Of a stretch of 64,000 bases of DNA, positions 1 through 13,329 are shown piece after piece. How positions within the stretch are numbered: the stretch's first letter is position 1; each line of letters begins with the position of its first letter. Below the pieces are notes generated by a model, which saw nothing but the letters and a program-made list of their open reading frames with translations, did no database searches and was not told the origin of the DNA. The position numbers were made by a program, and so were the translations under genes. The DNA comes from Octopus sinensis (lineage: Eukaryota), in contig NC_043005.1 in the NCBI RefSeq assembly GCF_006345805.1, forward strand, positions 7,750,001-7,814,000. Reading direction: 5' to 3'.

Positions 1-284
1 CCATGCCTGGCTCATTAGGGCCGGTTTTCCGGTTTCTTGGCGTATAGGTTCCCCACCTGGACAGGACACCGGTCCGTCGCAGGTGAGCTGCAAGATGCAG
101 GAGGAAAGAGTGAGAGAAAGTTGTGGCGAAAGAGTCAGCAGAAGTTTCGCCATTACTTTCTGCCGGAGCTGCGTGGAGCCTAGGTGTTTCGCTCATAAAC
201 ACACACATCGCCCGGTCTGAGATTCGAACCCGCGATCCCTCGACCGCGAGTCTGCCGCTCTAACCACTAGGCCATGTGTCTCCA
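1..284 (-). mobile_element. tRNA-derived SINE, family B (3' end runs off window start)
   Basis: Minus strand has Pol III A box TGGCCTAGTGG and B box GGTTCGAATC; highly similar to copy 10693-10997. Confidence 0.9.
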
Positions 285-1380
285 ATGTCATTTGTGTGCT
301 CTAATATGATGGGACTGATGAAAACCAATGAAATCTAGTTGCTAAAATATTGTTTGTTTTCCCAGGTTCGAAGGTTGTATACCTTCCTGTATATATAATA
401 TATATCGAAGGTTGTATACCTTACTGATATATAATATATATCCTTGTGCTGTGAAAAAAAAAATTACGCACATGCGCTCGCACACACATACACGTCTATT
501 ATATGTTATTCCTCTATATCTATATATCTATAGTTATACATATACGGGCGTGCATGTACACATATGCGCATTTAGTTTGTGAATGCGCATATGTAATATG
601 TCTACATATTTTTAGGATACCGAACTTGGGAGAATTTTATTCTCTTTTCAAACTGAAGCAAAAGTTTACTTTTAGCATCACATAAATGGTAACTTATCTT
701 CAACCTAAGCGGATAATGATCTAACCAAGAAGCGTCATGTGAGCCATTGGTACGTACAAGAACATGTCTCCAAAGAAAGTGACAATATTCAAACGATTCT
801 AGCATTTGAGTTAAAGATTTGATCATTTGCCTCCAAGAGTAAGATTTGAAATCGTATTTACAATTATTTTATCTCTGTAAGATACTGTATTCATGATATC
901 AGCATAAATCTTTTAAGCTGTTTTAGAGATAATTAAAAAATATATATGATAATATTGTTACAAACTAAAAACGGTAATCACGTGCCATCTAGGATTAAAA
1001 GATAACCACAAAGTATCTCATTACAAAACAAGGTAAAGATGCATTTAGAGAATAATGTCAGGAGCATTATGTACACCGCATATAAGTTGCTGCAAAAGGT
1101 ATTAGTATAGCTTACGTAAGCAAATGTTTAGACAGTTAGGAAGTACTGAGAGAAAGAAGAGAAAAAGATGACTTGAAATATCTATGGTTAATTAACATTA
1201 ACTTTTCAACTAGCACTGTACTTGCTTGCTGGTTACAGCCTTTGGGCTGTAATGTATATCCAATTAACCTAATGATGTAACCCGTATTTTCAGCTTTTGA
1301 TTGTTCTAAAATATTTTTGCTTTGGTACTAGTAAAATAATCAACTACTAATATTTCAAAATATGGTTTTAGATATATATA

Positions 1381-1429
<49 letters not shown>

Positions 1430-1617
1430 TATATATTATATATATATAATCTAATATATTATATATATATATCTGTGAAATAGAAAGATTAAATCGTAGT
1501 AGATTAATCAAAAGTTAACCGATACTAGTAGCAGAAATCACAGCAGTAAACAGCACGGTTGGAGGTACAACCATCTGGCGTTGCAAGCAACCGTGTCGTT
1601 GTGCGGATAATTGAAAT

Positions 1618-1819
1618 TAAAACATTATTGGTGAATTGAAGAAATGGAGCTGAACGCAGATTGAACAGAAATCGTTTTATTTCATTCTACACGTGTTTCG
1701 AAAGGCACACAATTACCAAAATTGGATTTTGGTAATTTGTGCCTTTCGAAACACGTGTAGAATGAAATAAACGATTTCTGTTCAATCTGCGTTCAGCTCC
1801 ATTTCTTCAATTCACCAAT

Positions 1820-1828
<9 letters not shown>
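1618..1828. repeat. Near-perfect inverted repeat (fold-back), ~104-bp arms, 3-nt loop
   Basis: 1618-1722 is the reverse complement of 1726-1828 except two 1-nt indels; loop TGG at 1723-1725. Confidence 0.95.
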
Positions 1829-1907
<79 letters not shown>

Positions 1908-2615
1908 ATATATATATACATATACACATATATACATATGGTATTATATTTTCATTTATTTTTCCCTCACATTACAGATACGAATAAGAGAAACAAAATC
2001 TATAATTGTTTTTTTCCAGTTTTTGTTTATAAAATTATTATTTCTATATGATTTGCCACAATGTCTATTGCTGGTTATAGTTTTAGCGATCATGGAGATG
2101 AGGCGGTATCCAGAGAGATTTGAGCGCATGAACGCCAGAAACCAGATAAGAAATTAGATAGTGTAAAACTTCTGGTCCGCCATTACTGTTTGCATCAACT
2201 AAGTTACAATCAGTTTGTTTCTGCTGCCTAAAATATTTATGGCCGGCTATTTAGAAAAGAAGTAATAGAGTACATTCTGATCCTGTACATTAGCTTAAAA
2301 ATTCTATCATCCACATTTCTTACATTAGAAAGAACAGCGAGAAGAATGACTTGAGAACCATACATAAAAATCTCTGTTGTATGAAAAACCCATATGGAAG
2401 GTTTTAAAATCTGCTCGATGTATTTGAGATCAGCTTTGCCTTTTGTCCTTTCGGAGACTTTAGAAAAGTAGCAAACCAAGGTAGTGAAACTGTTAGTGGT
2501 CCGGTGAAATGACTAACGTATAAATTCCGTTTTGAGTTCGGCCAGCAACACCTCTAACAATACAGCTACCATGTTGCTTTAGTTTATGTCAGTGGCTTTT
2601 CTCTTGTATATAACA

Positions 2616-3016
2616 CTAGCAGTATCACCCGGCGTTGCTCGGGTTTGTAAGGGAAATAACTATATAAGCATTTTTAGAGATGTAAAGTATAATAGCCATC
2701 TCAATATGGCTAACCACAAATGGGGGGGGGGGGGTTACTGTAGCTTTTTACGTTCTGAGATTTAATAATACATTTTTAGAGAGTTACTTCCCTTATATAA
2801 TAGCAAAAAAATGCATTAAAAATGGGTAAAAATGATGGTAAATTTTTTTTTTAATCATAGACTCATCGTAGACGCGCACTAATACCCAGAAGGGCTCGAT
2901 ATGAATCACGACTATAAGATACCGGCTTTTGGTTACACTGCACCGCAAAATGTGGGAGTAATTAGGAATCTAAATCGTAGGAGACAGACACACAGCTTTA
3001 GTTTTATATATAAAGA
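2616..3016 (-). mobile_element. Non-autonomous Helitron (~400 bp)
   Basis: Minus strand begins TC, ends CTAG preceded by GC hairpin CCCG-AGCAACGC-CGGG, sits between A and T, no TSD; 4 copies in window. Confidence 0.85.
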
Positions 3017-3583
3017 TAAGCGATGAGGTAAGAATAAACGTGCGTGTATGGACAACTTTCCCAAATAATCTTCCCCACCCACAAACACACACACATACAC
3101 ACACACGTGCAGTAACATAGTGGTCATTGAGTGATGGAGGGCCAATCCAAATTAAAGTTAAACTTGCACTCACAATGACGACAAAATTTTATCATATTAA
3201 TGACTAATTCTGGTAAAAAAAAAAGATGATGGGCACAAATAGTGCAGAAGGAATTTGATCTTATACACTGCTTTACTGATGAGGCTCAATAATACAGAAA
3301 ACGTCGGAAATTGTCTCTATTTTGTTAGAGATATAACATATCCAAGTTAGATTTGATATAGAGAATTCTCTTCTGAACTAATATTGCCTCCGTTGCTAAT
3401 AACGAATTTTTACGCAAGTAGGAAAAATAGAGCTCAAAATATGAAACTCTCGGAATTTGAGTCACTCTGTTAATTCTGCTAAATATATAGATATATATAT
3501 ATATATAATATATATTATATATATATGTATATAACACCACACACCACACACACACACATATATATAATATTATAATATATATG

Positions 3584-3661
<78 letters not shown>

Positions 3662-3666
3662 AATAT

Positions 3667-3924
3667 GTGGAGGCGCAATGCCCAGTGGTTAGGAAGCGGG
3701 ACTCGCGGTCGTAGGATCGCGGTTTCGATTCCCAGACCGGGCGTTGTGAGTGTTTATTGAGCGAAAGCACCTAAAGTTCCACGGGGCTCCTGCAGGGGGT
3801 GGTGGCGATCCCTGCTGTACTCTTTCGCCACAACTTTCTCTCACTCTTTCTTCTGTTGGCCTGCTCGCTTAGCCAGCGGGGTGGCGTCATTTGAAGGCTA
3901 AAACAATGCGAAGCGCATTGTGAC
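3667..3924 (+). mobile_element. tRNA-derived SINE, family A head/body with an alternative 3' tail
   Basis: Head GGAGGCGCAATGCCCAGTGG...GGTTTCGATTCCC shared with 14065-14450; diverges after CTCTCACTCTT. Confidence 0.85.
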
Positions 3925-3988
3925 ATCTGAGAACCTGTCGTTTAGGACGGTGATATATATATATATATATATACATACATATGTATAA

Positions 3989-4035
<47 letters not shown>

Positions 4036-4475
4036 TTTATATATATATACGTATATTCATACTTACAGTCATAAATCAGTAGGTTGATAGATTTAATATA
4101 TAAACATCACATATTTGTAGATATAAATGTATCTTCCTTCTCCATTCTGTCTTCCATTCTGTCTTTCACATGTCGTTTTTATTTCTCTCTTTTTCGCTTC
4201 CTTTACTTTCGCCTAATTTCTTTCTCACTGTCTCCCTCTCTGTCATTGTATTCTGCAACACACAAAATGCTCACATATATCAAAACGTGGCCTCGATTGG
4301 TTCTTTTCAGTCATCACTTTCGGTGTAGTTACAGTACAACAATTGAAGTAAAGCTTTTCACGGAGACTGCCATGTCGCGTTTAGAGAAGGCAGGTTGGAA
4401 ACGATAAATGTATAGACACGTATGCTTATACAGAAACTCATATGAATATGAGAGAATGAGAGTGAGGAGGGAGAA

Positions 4476-4520
<45 letters not shown>

Positions 4521-5099
4521 AAATAAAGCTGGAGAGAGAAAGAGAGCTAAAGAAAATGAGATATTTATATGTATATACATACATACACACACACACACAT
4601 ACATGTTTGCATGTGAGCTTGTGTGTGTACCTACCTACCTACCTACCTACCTTTATACATACAAACGTACATGCATACATATAAACATACATACAGACAC
4701 AGATATGCATATACGTACAAAGAGCTGATTGACGTTTGAACAATCAAGTTCAAGGAAATAGTAACATCAATTACATCAAATATAAGACAAAGATCAGTAA
4801 CAGCAACAGAATCAAGAATAAAAACAACAAAGGCGACGACGATAACATCCAAACAACAGCAACGATAACAGAGGCAACGGTAGAAGGAGATGTAAAAATT
4901 TAAAAAGTACCAACAGCGACCCCCCCCCTTCAATATTAGTATCATTAGCAATGGAACTGAGGAATAGAAACAGCAGCAAAAACCGAAACGATATGTATAG
5001 GGATAGAATACAGAAGTTTGAAGAGAAAATTGTTTCACCAACTCCATAATACGAACGTGAAGGCCTCAGACTATTGGCCTGCATTCTGTCAGAGTCTGT

Positions 5100-5173
<74 letters not shown>

Positions 5174-5174
5174 G

Positions 5175-5210
<36 letters not shown>

Positions 5211-5233
5211 CCTGTCTATCTATCTACCTGTCC

Positions 5234-5328
<95 letters not shown>

Positions 5329-5339
5329 GTCTGTCTGTG

Positions 5340-5412
<73 letters not shown>

Positions 5413-5460
5413 CTCTCTCTCTCTCTCTCTCTCTCCTCTCTCTATCTATCTATCTATCAA
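5100..5460. repeat. (TATC)n microsatellite with TGTC and TC interruptions
   Basis: Direct reading; source of the YLSI-repeat ORFs. Confidence 0.95.
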
Positions 5461-5967
5461 TTTATCCATCTATCTATTGTTCGAATGACAGATCTCTGAT
5501 ATTCATTCGGTTACCTCTCCTGACAATCAGTGATATTCCTGCGATCCCTTCCGTGAAACGCAGTGCATGATCTAATTACTTTTATTAGAACTCACTAATC
5601 TAAAACATACGCCTACATCGCTTTTTTCATACATATCTAAAGGACTTTGATACACAAATGTTTACATATAATGTTAAAGATCTTATTACTCACCAAACTG
5701 GTTGATATGCAAAAGGTAAGCGGGGACCAGTGTATTTTAAGCATGTATCTTTAAAAAGCTAAAGCAGAAGACAATTTTCTGTGAGACAATACGAATACAA
5801 AAAATAAAAGTAATATTTGTTGATGAAAAATATTTCTTTCGTTTTACTGTAAATTTATGAAACAGTTTCAGATATTTAGAAGTATAGCCTCGCTGTAACA
5901 TGTCGAAATGATTAGAAAGTGATTCGAAAGTCATATATATATATATGTATGTATATATATAACATTC

Positions 5968-6320
5968 ACTGTGTCCCTGTCATTTTTCTCGACCCTCCTT
6001 ACTTCTTCTGTCGCTCTGCCTCTACCTCTCTCTCTTCTCTCCCCATATGACCGGTGTTCGGCCAAGCCTGACCTTTCTTGGTTGGTTCGGTCGCTGTCCG
6101 TGCAACATCTATATTCTTCCCTGTCCCTGTGAAATCTTGTATCCCTGGCGGAAGTCTTTACTTTCACACACGCCAGCTTAATTTAATTCGTCCTTAGTCG
6201 AAAGACAGCTGTTATTATGTCCTGTTATTTGTATTTGTGTAACCTTCTCCGTTTGTTTCCGTCCTTGTTTTCGTATACATTCGCTGATTTCTTCCAAGGA
6301 ATCTAATGCTCTTAGCTTAT
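5968..6320 (+). repeat. Unclassified interspersed repeat, homologous to 42425-42785 in opposite orientation
   Basis: Shared blocks such as TGACCGGTGTTCGGCCAAGCCTGACC and GTCCTTGTTTTCGTATACATTCGCTG. Confidence 0.75.
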
Positions 6321-6440
6321 CATACTCTATCATACTTCTATCATACACTCAATTTTCGTCAACTTGCGCCGCAGGGTCTCGGAGGAGAAAGTGTTAGTTG
6401 AAGGCTACCAAACCTGCACACACAGACACAACTTCAGCTG

Positions 6441-6480
<40 letters not shown>

Positions 6481-7597
6481 TTGAGATGTGTAAAGTTAAA
6501 GTGAAACCAGTGTAAATGTAACAGAATATATTTTAAACAGAAATCAGAATACATACATATGCGTTTTTTCTTTTTATCTCACTCAGAAACATCAATTTCA
6601 ATTTAAACGGTTGACTATATAATGAGCGTATTTTCAATTAGTCATGATATTTATTAATGGCCTCCGCTTTTAAGAGTGAGCAAGTAAAAAGAAATTTGAA
6701 CACTTGATGAAAAAATCTTCAGTCACGTGTTTCTTGAAAACCTTTTAGAAAAGTAGCAAAAAAAAAAAAGAAAAAAATTCTGTGAAGATTTCTTGTAAAG
6801 ATAATGTTTACGAATACTATTTCAAACGCGTTGAAGCGATGTCTTGAGCTAATAGATTTAATCCTTTGAAATAATGCATCAAATAAATAACTATATATTA
6901 TCCTATCTTAAAAAAAAGTAAAAAACATGGATCAGTTTTTGCATGAGAGACATTAGTTAATTATAACTGTAATTTGACAATCTTTGAAAATTACACATTT
7001 AATTAATCTTTCTGTAGCAATCCCGTTAATTTGTATTAACTTGAACACACTTTTACCCTCGAAATCAAAAACACACATACATGCATATGTATTACACACA
7101 AACAAACGTTCATACATGCTTGCATGAATGCATGCAACCGTCCATCCAACTAGCAAGCCATACAAACAATCATGTTCGCCTATCGGAGCGAAGAGGATCA
7201 TTTAGTCATCCTTAAGGATGACTGAAGATTTACACAGTGACTTTGTTGAATGTGAAGAAGAGCTTCAAATCGTCAAGCTCACTCTGTCGTCCGTAACCTT
7301 CTTCAAGACGACTGGGCTTGGGGCGGACATAGTGGTTGAACAAGATGTCTTACTTGCCTCATCTAGCTCTCTGGACACCACAATGTATTACTGCAACCAC
7401 CTTCCTCTCCGTTGATTCATAAAGGTTCCTAACCCAGAGTCTACTGGATCCAGTCTTCACTTGCATAGGCAGGCAAGCCCTAAAATGCTATTGAACTCAT
7501 AACAGGGACCCTGACTGGTGCTATTACTCTGGGTCAGAGTAGACCAAGAAACAATAATGGCTAAAAAGCAGTGTCACCTTCTTCAAAATCCTGGCGC

Positions 7598-7735
7598 ATG
7601 CATCCATCCATCCATCCATCCATCCATCCATCCATCCATCAATCCATCCATCCATCCATCCATCCATCCATCCATCCATCCATCCATCCATCCATACATA
7701 CATACATACATACATACATACATACATACATAGCA
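7598..7735. repeat. (CCAT)n followed by (ATAC)n microsatellite
   Basis: Direct reading. Confidence 0.95.
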
Positions 7736-8029
7736 ACCTACATATATGCCGACCCGCATACATACATATCAACGTACATACATTTCAAAATCAGAATTTG
7801 AAAACAATCCTGATTTCTTTACAGAATCCAAGCCGGCCACTAATAAAGTGATTAAATCAAGAAAACTCTTCGGGGTTTATGGATATCTGAATTGGTTGGT
7901 GTAAGCATATATGTGCCTGTGTCTGCTTATGCGTGCGTGAGACAAACTTGCACTCATATAGTGGATGTGCATTTCCTTTAATGCACATGCTATGTGCTTA
8001 TTGCTGTATATATATATATATAATATATC

Positions 8030-8069
<40 letters not shown>

Positions 8070-8554
8070 ATAATATATATAATATCTATATATATATAGG
8101 GTTATATATATAAAGTGAAGGGGTACAGTGGACTTGCCATGAGGATAGAATAGTCAACGTTTCGGATGTGGTCCTTCGTCAAGAGGTAGAGAAAATGAGA
8201 AGTTGAGAAGAAAGACAAACAGGGTTTTGCCTCCTCTCAGCTTGAAAAACTGGTTGCAACTGATAATAGACGAGGAATTACACGCAGAATAACAAAAGTT
8301 ATAGAAGAAGGCGTGCAGATAGACAGACACATAGATAGATAGATATAGATAGATAATTAAATTAGGCAGCATTTTAGCAAGGTAACACCAAAAAGGAAAA
8401 TTATAATTGTCATTAAAAATGTCAGAGTGTATTAGAAACACCCACGATGCTAGAAATAAGAGCTCAAGTGCTCTGACGCTGCAGTCAACGCTCATAATTG
8501 AATACATACATACTGACAGCGACCATAAACGGCCGAAATCGGAAGTTCTAATGT

Positions 8555-8605
8555 CTGTATACCGTCGGCGGTTTCGGTTTTAAGAACGGAGCCTCTTCAG
8601 TAGGG
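8555..8605 (-). ncRNA. Type I hammerhead ribozyme motif (left arm, minus polarity)
   Basis: Minus: CCCTA-CTGAAGA-GGCTC-CGTTCTTA-AAACC-GAAA-CCGCCGACGG-TA-TACAG; core intact, helices II and I partly mismatched. Confidence 0.6.
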
Positions 8606-8808
8606 TCGGTACAACTCGCCAGATTCCGGATAAAATCGCTGCCAATGCATACTCCATAAAAATCTATGCATGATTTAGCGAATCGCTAATGTGTATACTA
8701 ATAATTAAATTAGGCACATTAGAGATTCGCTAAACCATCCATAGATTTTTATGGAGTATACATATTTATTGGTGGCGATCTTATACGGAATCTGGCGCGT
8801 TTTACCGA

Positions 8809-8859
8809 CCCTACTGAAGAGGCTTCGGTCTTAAAGCTGAAACCATCGACGGTATAAGG
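8809..8859 (+). ncRNA. Type I hammerhead ribozyme motif (right arm, plus polarity)
   Basis: CCCTA-CTGAAGA-GGCTT-CGGTCTTA-AAGCT-GAAA-CCATCGACGG-TA-TAAGG; helix II 5 bp, near-palindromic helix III, GUA cleavage triplet, helix I 4 of 5 bp. Confidence 0.7.
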
Positions 8860-9164
8860 ATATTACAACTGACGATTTCGGCCGTTTACGGTGGCTGTCA
8901 GTATGTTCATTTTCGTTTCACTTATGCAAATTGCCTATGCCATCCATGAAGCAAAAATACATGTACACGACTATCTTCTTGTCCCCAGAAATCAGACATA
9001 TCTTTTCCTTAATGATATATCCCTTTTGAAGAATTTTTGGTTCTTGAGAATATCTTCATTTTTAAATGAATAATTTATCTTGTATGGTGTTTAATACACT
9101 CTTATTCGTATTTACTCTCACTCTCCCTCTCTCTATCTTTCACACACACGGACACACACATGCG

Positions 9165-9208
<44 letters not shown>

Positions 9209-9755
9209 AGTTTCTTCGTTGCCTCGTATAAGGATATATTATTGCAGATGTTGACTTTTATCTCATTATATTCTGGTATAGAATACTAATATCAAATCAG
9301 TGTAACAATCTACAATGTGAACATCGATATCAACTTTCTAATAATTTAAGAAATTGTTTATTTGTTGGCAACTTACTGCAGCTGTCTTCAGCAGAATCAT
9401 CAGCTTAAAAAATATGTGGAATAAACAAGTAATCAACATCAGCGACAAAGATAGATAGTATTGGTGTGTTTCTGTGAAACGGTTTACATAATTTACACTG
9501 AAAACAGTATTTGCTTAGCATTCGACATGTTTTATGCAAATCAACCTTGATTTGAAATTGATTTTATTCTAGAAGTTGTTTACACAGTATATTTAATAGC
9601 TTATCAAGTAAGACTTGTTATTGTTTGTTCCTTCTCTTACATCGTTTTTTTCTTTTCTTTTCGCACTTCTGATTACCATTGCCATTATTACGAATGTCAT
9701 AACATATAAATAGAAAAAAAACTTCACAGATTACCAGCAGAATATGTTTCGTCTC

Positions 9756-9871
9756 ACTTACGAACTAAGGCCAGTGTAAAAAGCAAAATACACTCCAAAT
9801 CCGCCTACACAAAAACAGAAATGCATTCAGAATCTCTTTGGTTTCCTGTACGCTTGAATATATTTACTACT
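9756..9871 (+). repeat. Left copy of 116-bp direct repeat flanking a SINE
   Basis: Matches 10262-10377 with 3 substitutions. Confidence 0.95.
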
Positions 9872-9875
9872 GGGA

Positions 9876-10260
9876 TGGAAACACTCCGTCGGTTACGACG
9901 ACGAGGGTTCCGGTTGATCCGAATCAACGGAACAGCTTGCTCGTGAAATTAACGTGTAAGTGGCTGAGCACTCCACAGACACGTGTACCCTTAACGTAAT
10001 TCTCGGGGATATTCAGCGTGACACAGAGAGTGAAAAGGCCGGTCCCTTGAAATACAGGTACAACAGAAACAGGAAGTAAGAGTGAGAGAAAGTTGTGGTG
10101 AAAGAGTACAGCAGGGATCACCACCATCCCCTGCCGGAGCCTCGTGAAGCTTTAGGTGTTTTCGCTCAATAAACACTCACAACGCCCGGTCTGGGAATCG
10201 AAACCGCGATCCTATGACCGCGAGTCCGCTGCCCTAACCACTGGGCCATTGCGCCTCCAC
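9876..10260 (-). mobile_element. tRNA-derived SINE, family A, full length
   Basis: A box TGGCCCAGTGG and B-box-like GGTTTCGATTCC on minus strand; highly similar to 14065-14450 and 30327-30711. Confidence 0.92.
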
Positions 10261-10261
10261 T

Positions 10262-10377
10262 ACTTACGAACTAAGGCCAGTGTAAAAAGCAAAATACACT
10301 CCAAATCCGCCTACACAAAAACAGAAACGCATTCAGAATCTCTATGGTTTCCTGTATGCTTGAATATATTTACTACT
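10262..10377 (+). repeat. Right copy of 116-bp direct repeat flanking a SINE
   Basis: Matches 9756-9871 with 3 substitutions. Confidence 0.95.
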
Positions 10378-10692
10378 ACTCATATTGACTCTTAATCATA
10401 CGAGTCCATAATGGAGCATCTATGTGGCAACTCAATCTGTAGGAATAGCAAACTATTTCTCAGTTTGAAACGTCATTTATAACATGATAAGAAGTTTTTA
10501 ATTTTAGTATTTTTTAGTATGTCATTATTATTATTAAATTGTGATTGTGATTGGTTGAAATGTATTTTGTCTTTTTTTAACGAGTTCGTTTGGTTTGCAT
10601 GTCCATTTACGCTACATCTGGTTTGCCTTTGATTCACATAATGTATTCTGTGTGGCTTGTTTATCCTCAATATGCGAATTGACTGACATAAT

Positions 10693-10997
10693 TGTTTGTT
10701 CCTTCTCGAGCCATCCCTGGCTCATAAGGGCCGGTTTCCCGGTTTCTTCTTGGCGCATAGGTTCCCCACCTGGATGGAACGCCGGTCCGTCGCAAATGAG
10801 CTGCAAGATGCAGGAGGAAAGAGTGGGAGAAAGTTGTGACGAAAGAGTTAGTAGAAGTTCGCCATTACCTTCTGCTGGAGCCGCGTGGAGCTTAGGTGTT
10901 TCGCTCATAAACACACACATCGCCCGGTCTGAGATTCGAACCCGCGATCCCTCGACCGCGAGTCCGCTGTTCTAACCACTAGGCCATGTGCCTCCAC
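10693..10997 (-). mobile_element. tRNA-derived SINE, family B, full length
   Basis: A/B boxes on minus strand; 12-bp TSD GACTGACATAAT at 10681-10692 and 10998-11009. Confidence 0.92.
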
Positions 10998-11717
10998 GAC
11001 TGACATAATAACTATGCTGAATTTGTTTTTGTATTGTTCTGAGCTTGGTCAATTAGGCTGTTTGCGTACTTGGATTAGTTGTTTTTTTTTATTCAGTATA
11101 TAATTCCTTGTGCGGTATTTCGTTTGCAGATAAGAGTCTGAATGTTCTAAGTTGAAATTTTGCTTGTGACATTTTGTATCTGTATGGACAATCGTAGTCT
11201 CCGTGTAAATTTGTTGCTTTGTTCCTTCTAATATCATGTGTTTGGAGATATTCTGTGTAGGTGTATTAATTTGCGAAAATATGGGTTGGAGATATGGTTG
11301 TTTTGGAATGAGTTTCTGTAGTTCTATAAATATATGCTAAAATAAATTCTATTTCCGCATTCGTAGCAGTAATAAATAAATAATTATTGGCTATTGTTGC
11401 CTTAGTGGATCCTTACATTTTTGTATTAACATTAAACAGATCGCTAATTTGTGTGATATGAAATCAAATCCATCATAAATCGAAGAATAATATGCCTAAT
11501 GACGCTGCTTGGACCAGGAACCAGGATCCAGGAATCTATTGTGTGTCAAGTAACTGCATTAGTGTTTACATAAGACTGAGATTATTGGTCAGTAACTTTG
11601 CTCTCACAACTGGATATTTCTACTGAGATCCATCAGAAAACTATCACCCTTTCATGAGACGCTTTCTATGTGAAAACTACTTCGAGTTGAAAAGGAAAAA
11701 AAAAAAATTCTATAATA

Positions 11718-11850
11718 CGCAGAGGCATGGCACTGTGGTAAGAGGCTGGCTTCCCAACCACATGATTCCGACTTTAACTCCACTTCGTGGCACCTTGGGC
11801 AAGTGTCTTCTACTATAGGCTCGAGCCAACCAAATCCTTGTGAGTGGATT
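11718..11850 (+). mobile_element. SINE family C, diverged 5' half
   Basis: GTGGCACCTTGGGCAAGTGTCTTCTACTATAG...CCTTGTGAGTGGATTT as in 37207-37646. Confidence 0.75.
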
Positions 11851-11854
11851 TGAT

Positions 11855-12730
<876 letters not shown>

Positions 12731-12731
12731 A

Positions 12732-12918
12732 ACAACCAGTGTTGGTGTGTTTACGTCCCGTAACTTAGCGGTTCGGCAGCAAGCAACAACCGAAAAAAAT
12801 AAGTACGATGCTTAAAAAAGTAAGTACTGGGGTCGATTCATTCGACTAAACATTCTTCATGGTGGTGCCCCAGCATGGCCACAATCTAATGATGACCGAA
12901 ACAAATAGAAGATAAAAG
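12732..12918 (+). mobile_element. SINE family C, diverged 3' half
   Basis: GGTGTGTTTACGTCCCGTAACTTAGCGGTTCGGC...GGGGTCGATT...CCAGCATGGCCAC. Confidence 0.75.
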
Positions 12919-13329
12919 GTAATAATTGAGGTTGTTAATTTATCATCGAATCAAGATGTAATACCTTTCTATGTTCGGACATTAGTAAATGTCGACTATC
13001 TTACTAGATGGCTGTAGAAATTGTAATCCTGTAGTTGGACATTTTACATTTCAAAACAACAGGGTGAAACTGGATAGAGTGTGATTAGTAACGCAGCCAA
13101 AAACCACATATCTATTGATACGTGGTTTAAGCACTGTCAATAAATTTTACGTGTCAAATTAATGCCTAGATGGGTGTAAAATTTCCGGCTTCTATTTCAA
13201 AATATTACCCTTCATTTAAATGTGTGTATACACACACACACATATGCATCATCTTTTGAAATGTACTATCAGAAAATTGCAATTTTCTTTAACATTTTTC
13301 TATTGTCTACTTAAATGGGTATTATTGTG

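Larger units (their letters stand above)
8508..8906. mobile_element. ~400-bp fold-back element (imperfect ~190-bp arms) carrying hammerhead motifs
   Basis: ACATACTGACAGC...GCTGTCAGTATGT termini; arms complementary along their length, centre near 8703; CTGACAG/CTGTCAG ends flanked by TA on both sides. Confidence 0.85.

Noticed and set aside
368-440. Two tandem ~37-bp units, each with an AAGGT/ACCTT hairpin
   Set aside because: Only two units with no spacers; simple local duplication, not CRISPR-like.
2237-2479. Minus ORF with TTEIFMYGSQ resembling an RTE C-terminal motif
   Set aside because: Similarity too weak to call without alignment.
3277-3305. CTGATGA...GAAAACGTC hammerhead-like string
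   Set aside because: Helix II and helix I do not pair; at best a dead remnant.
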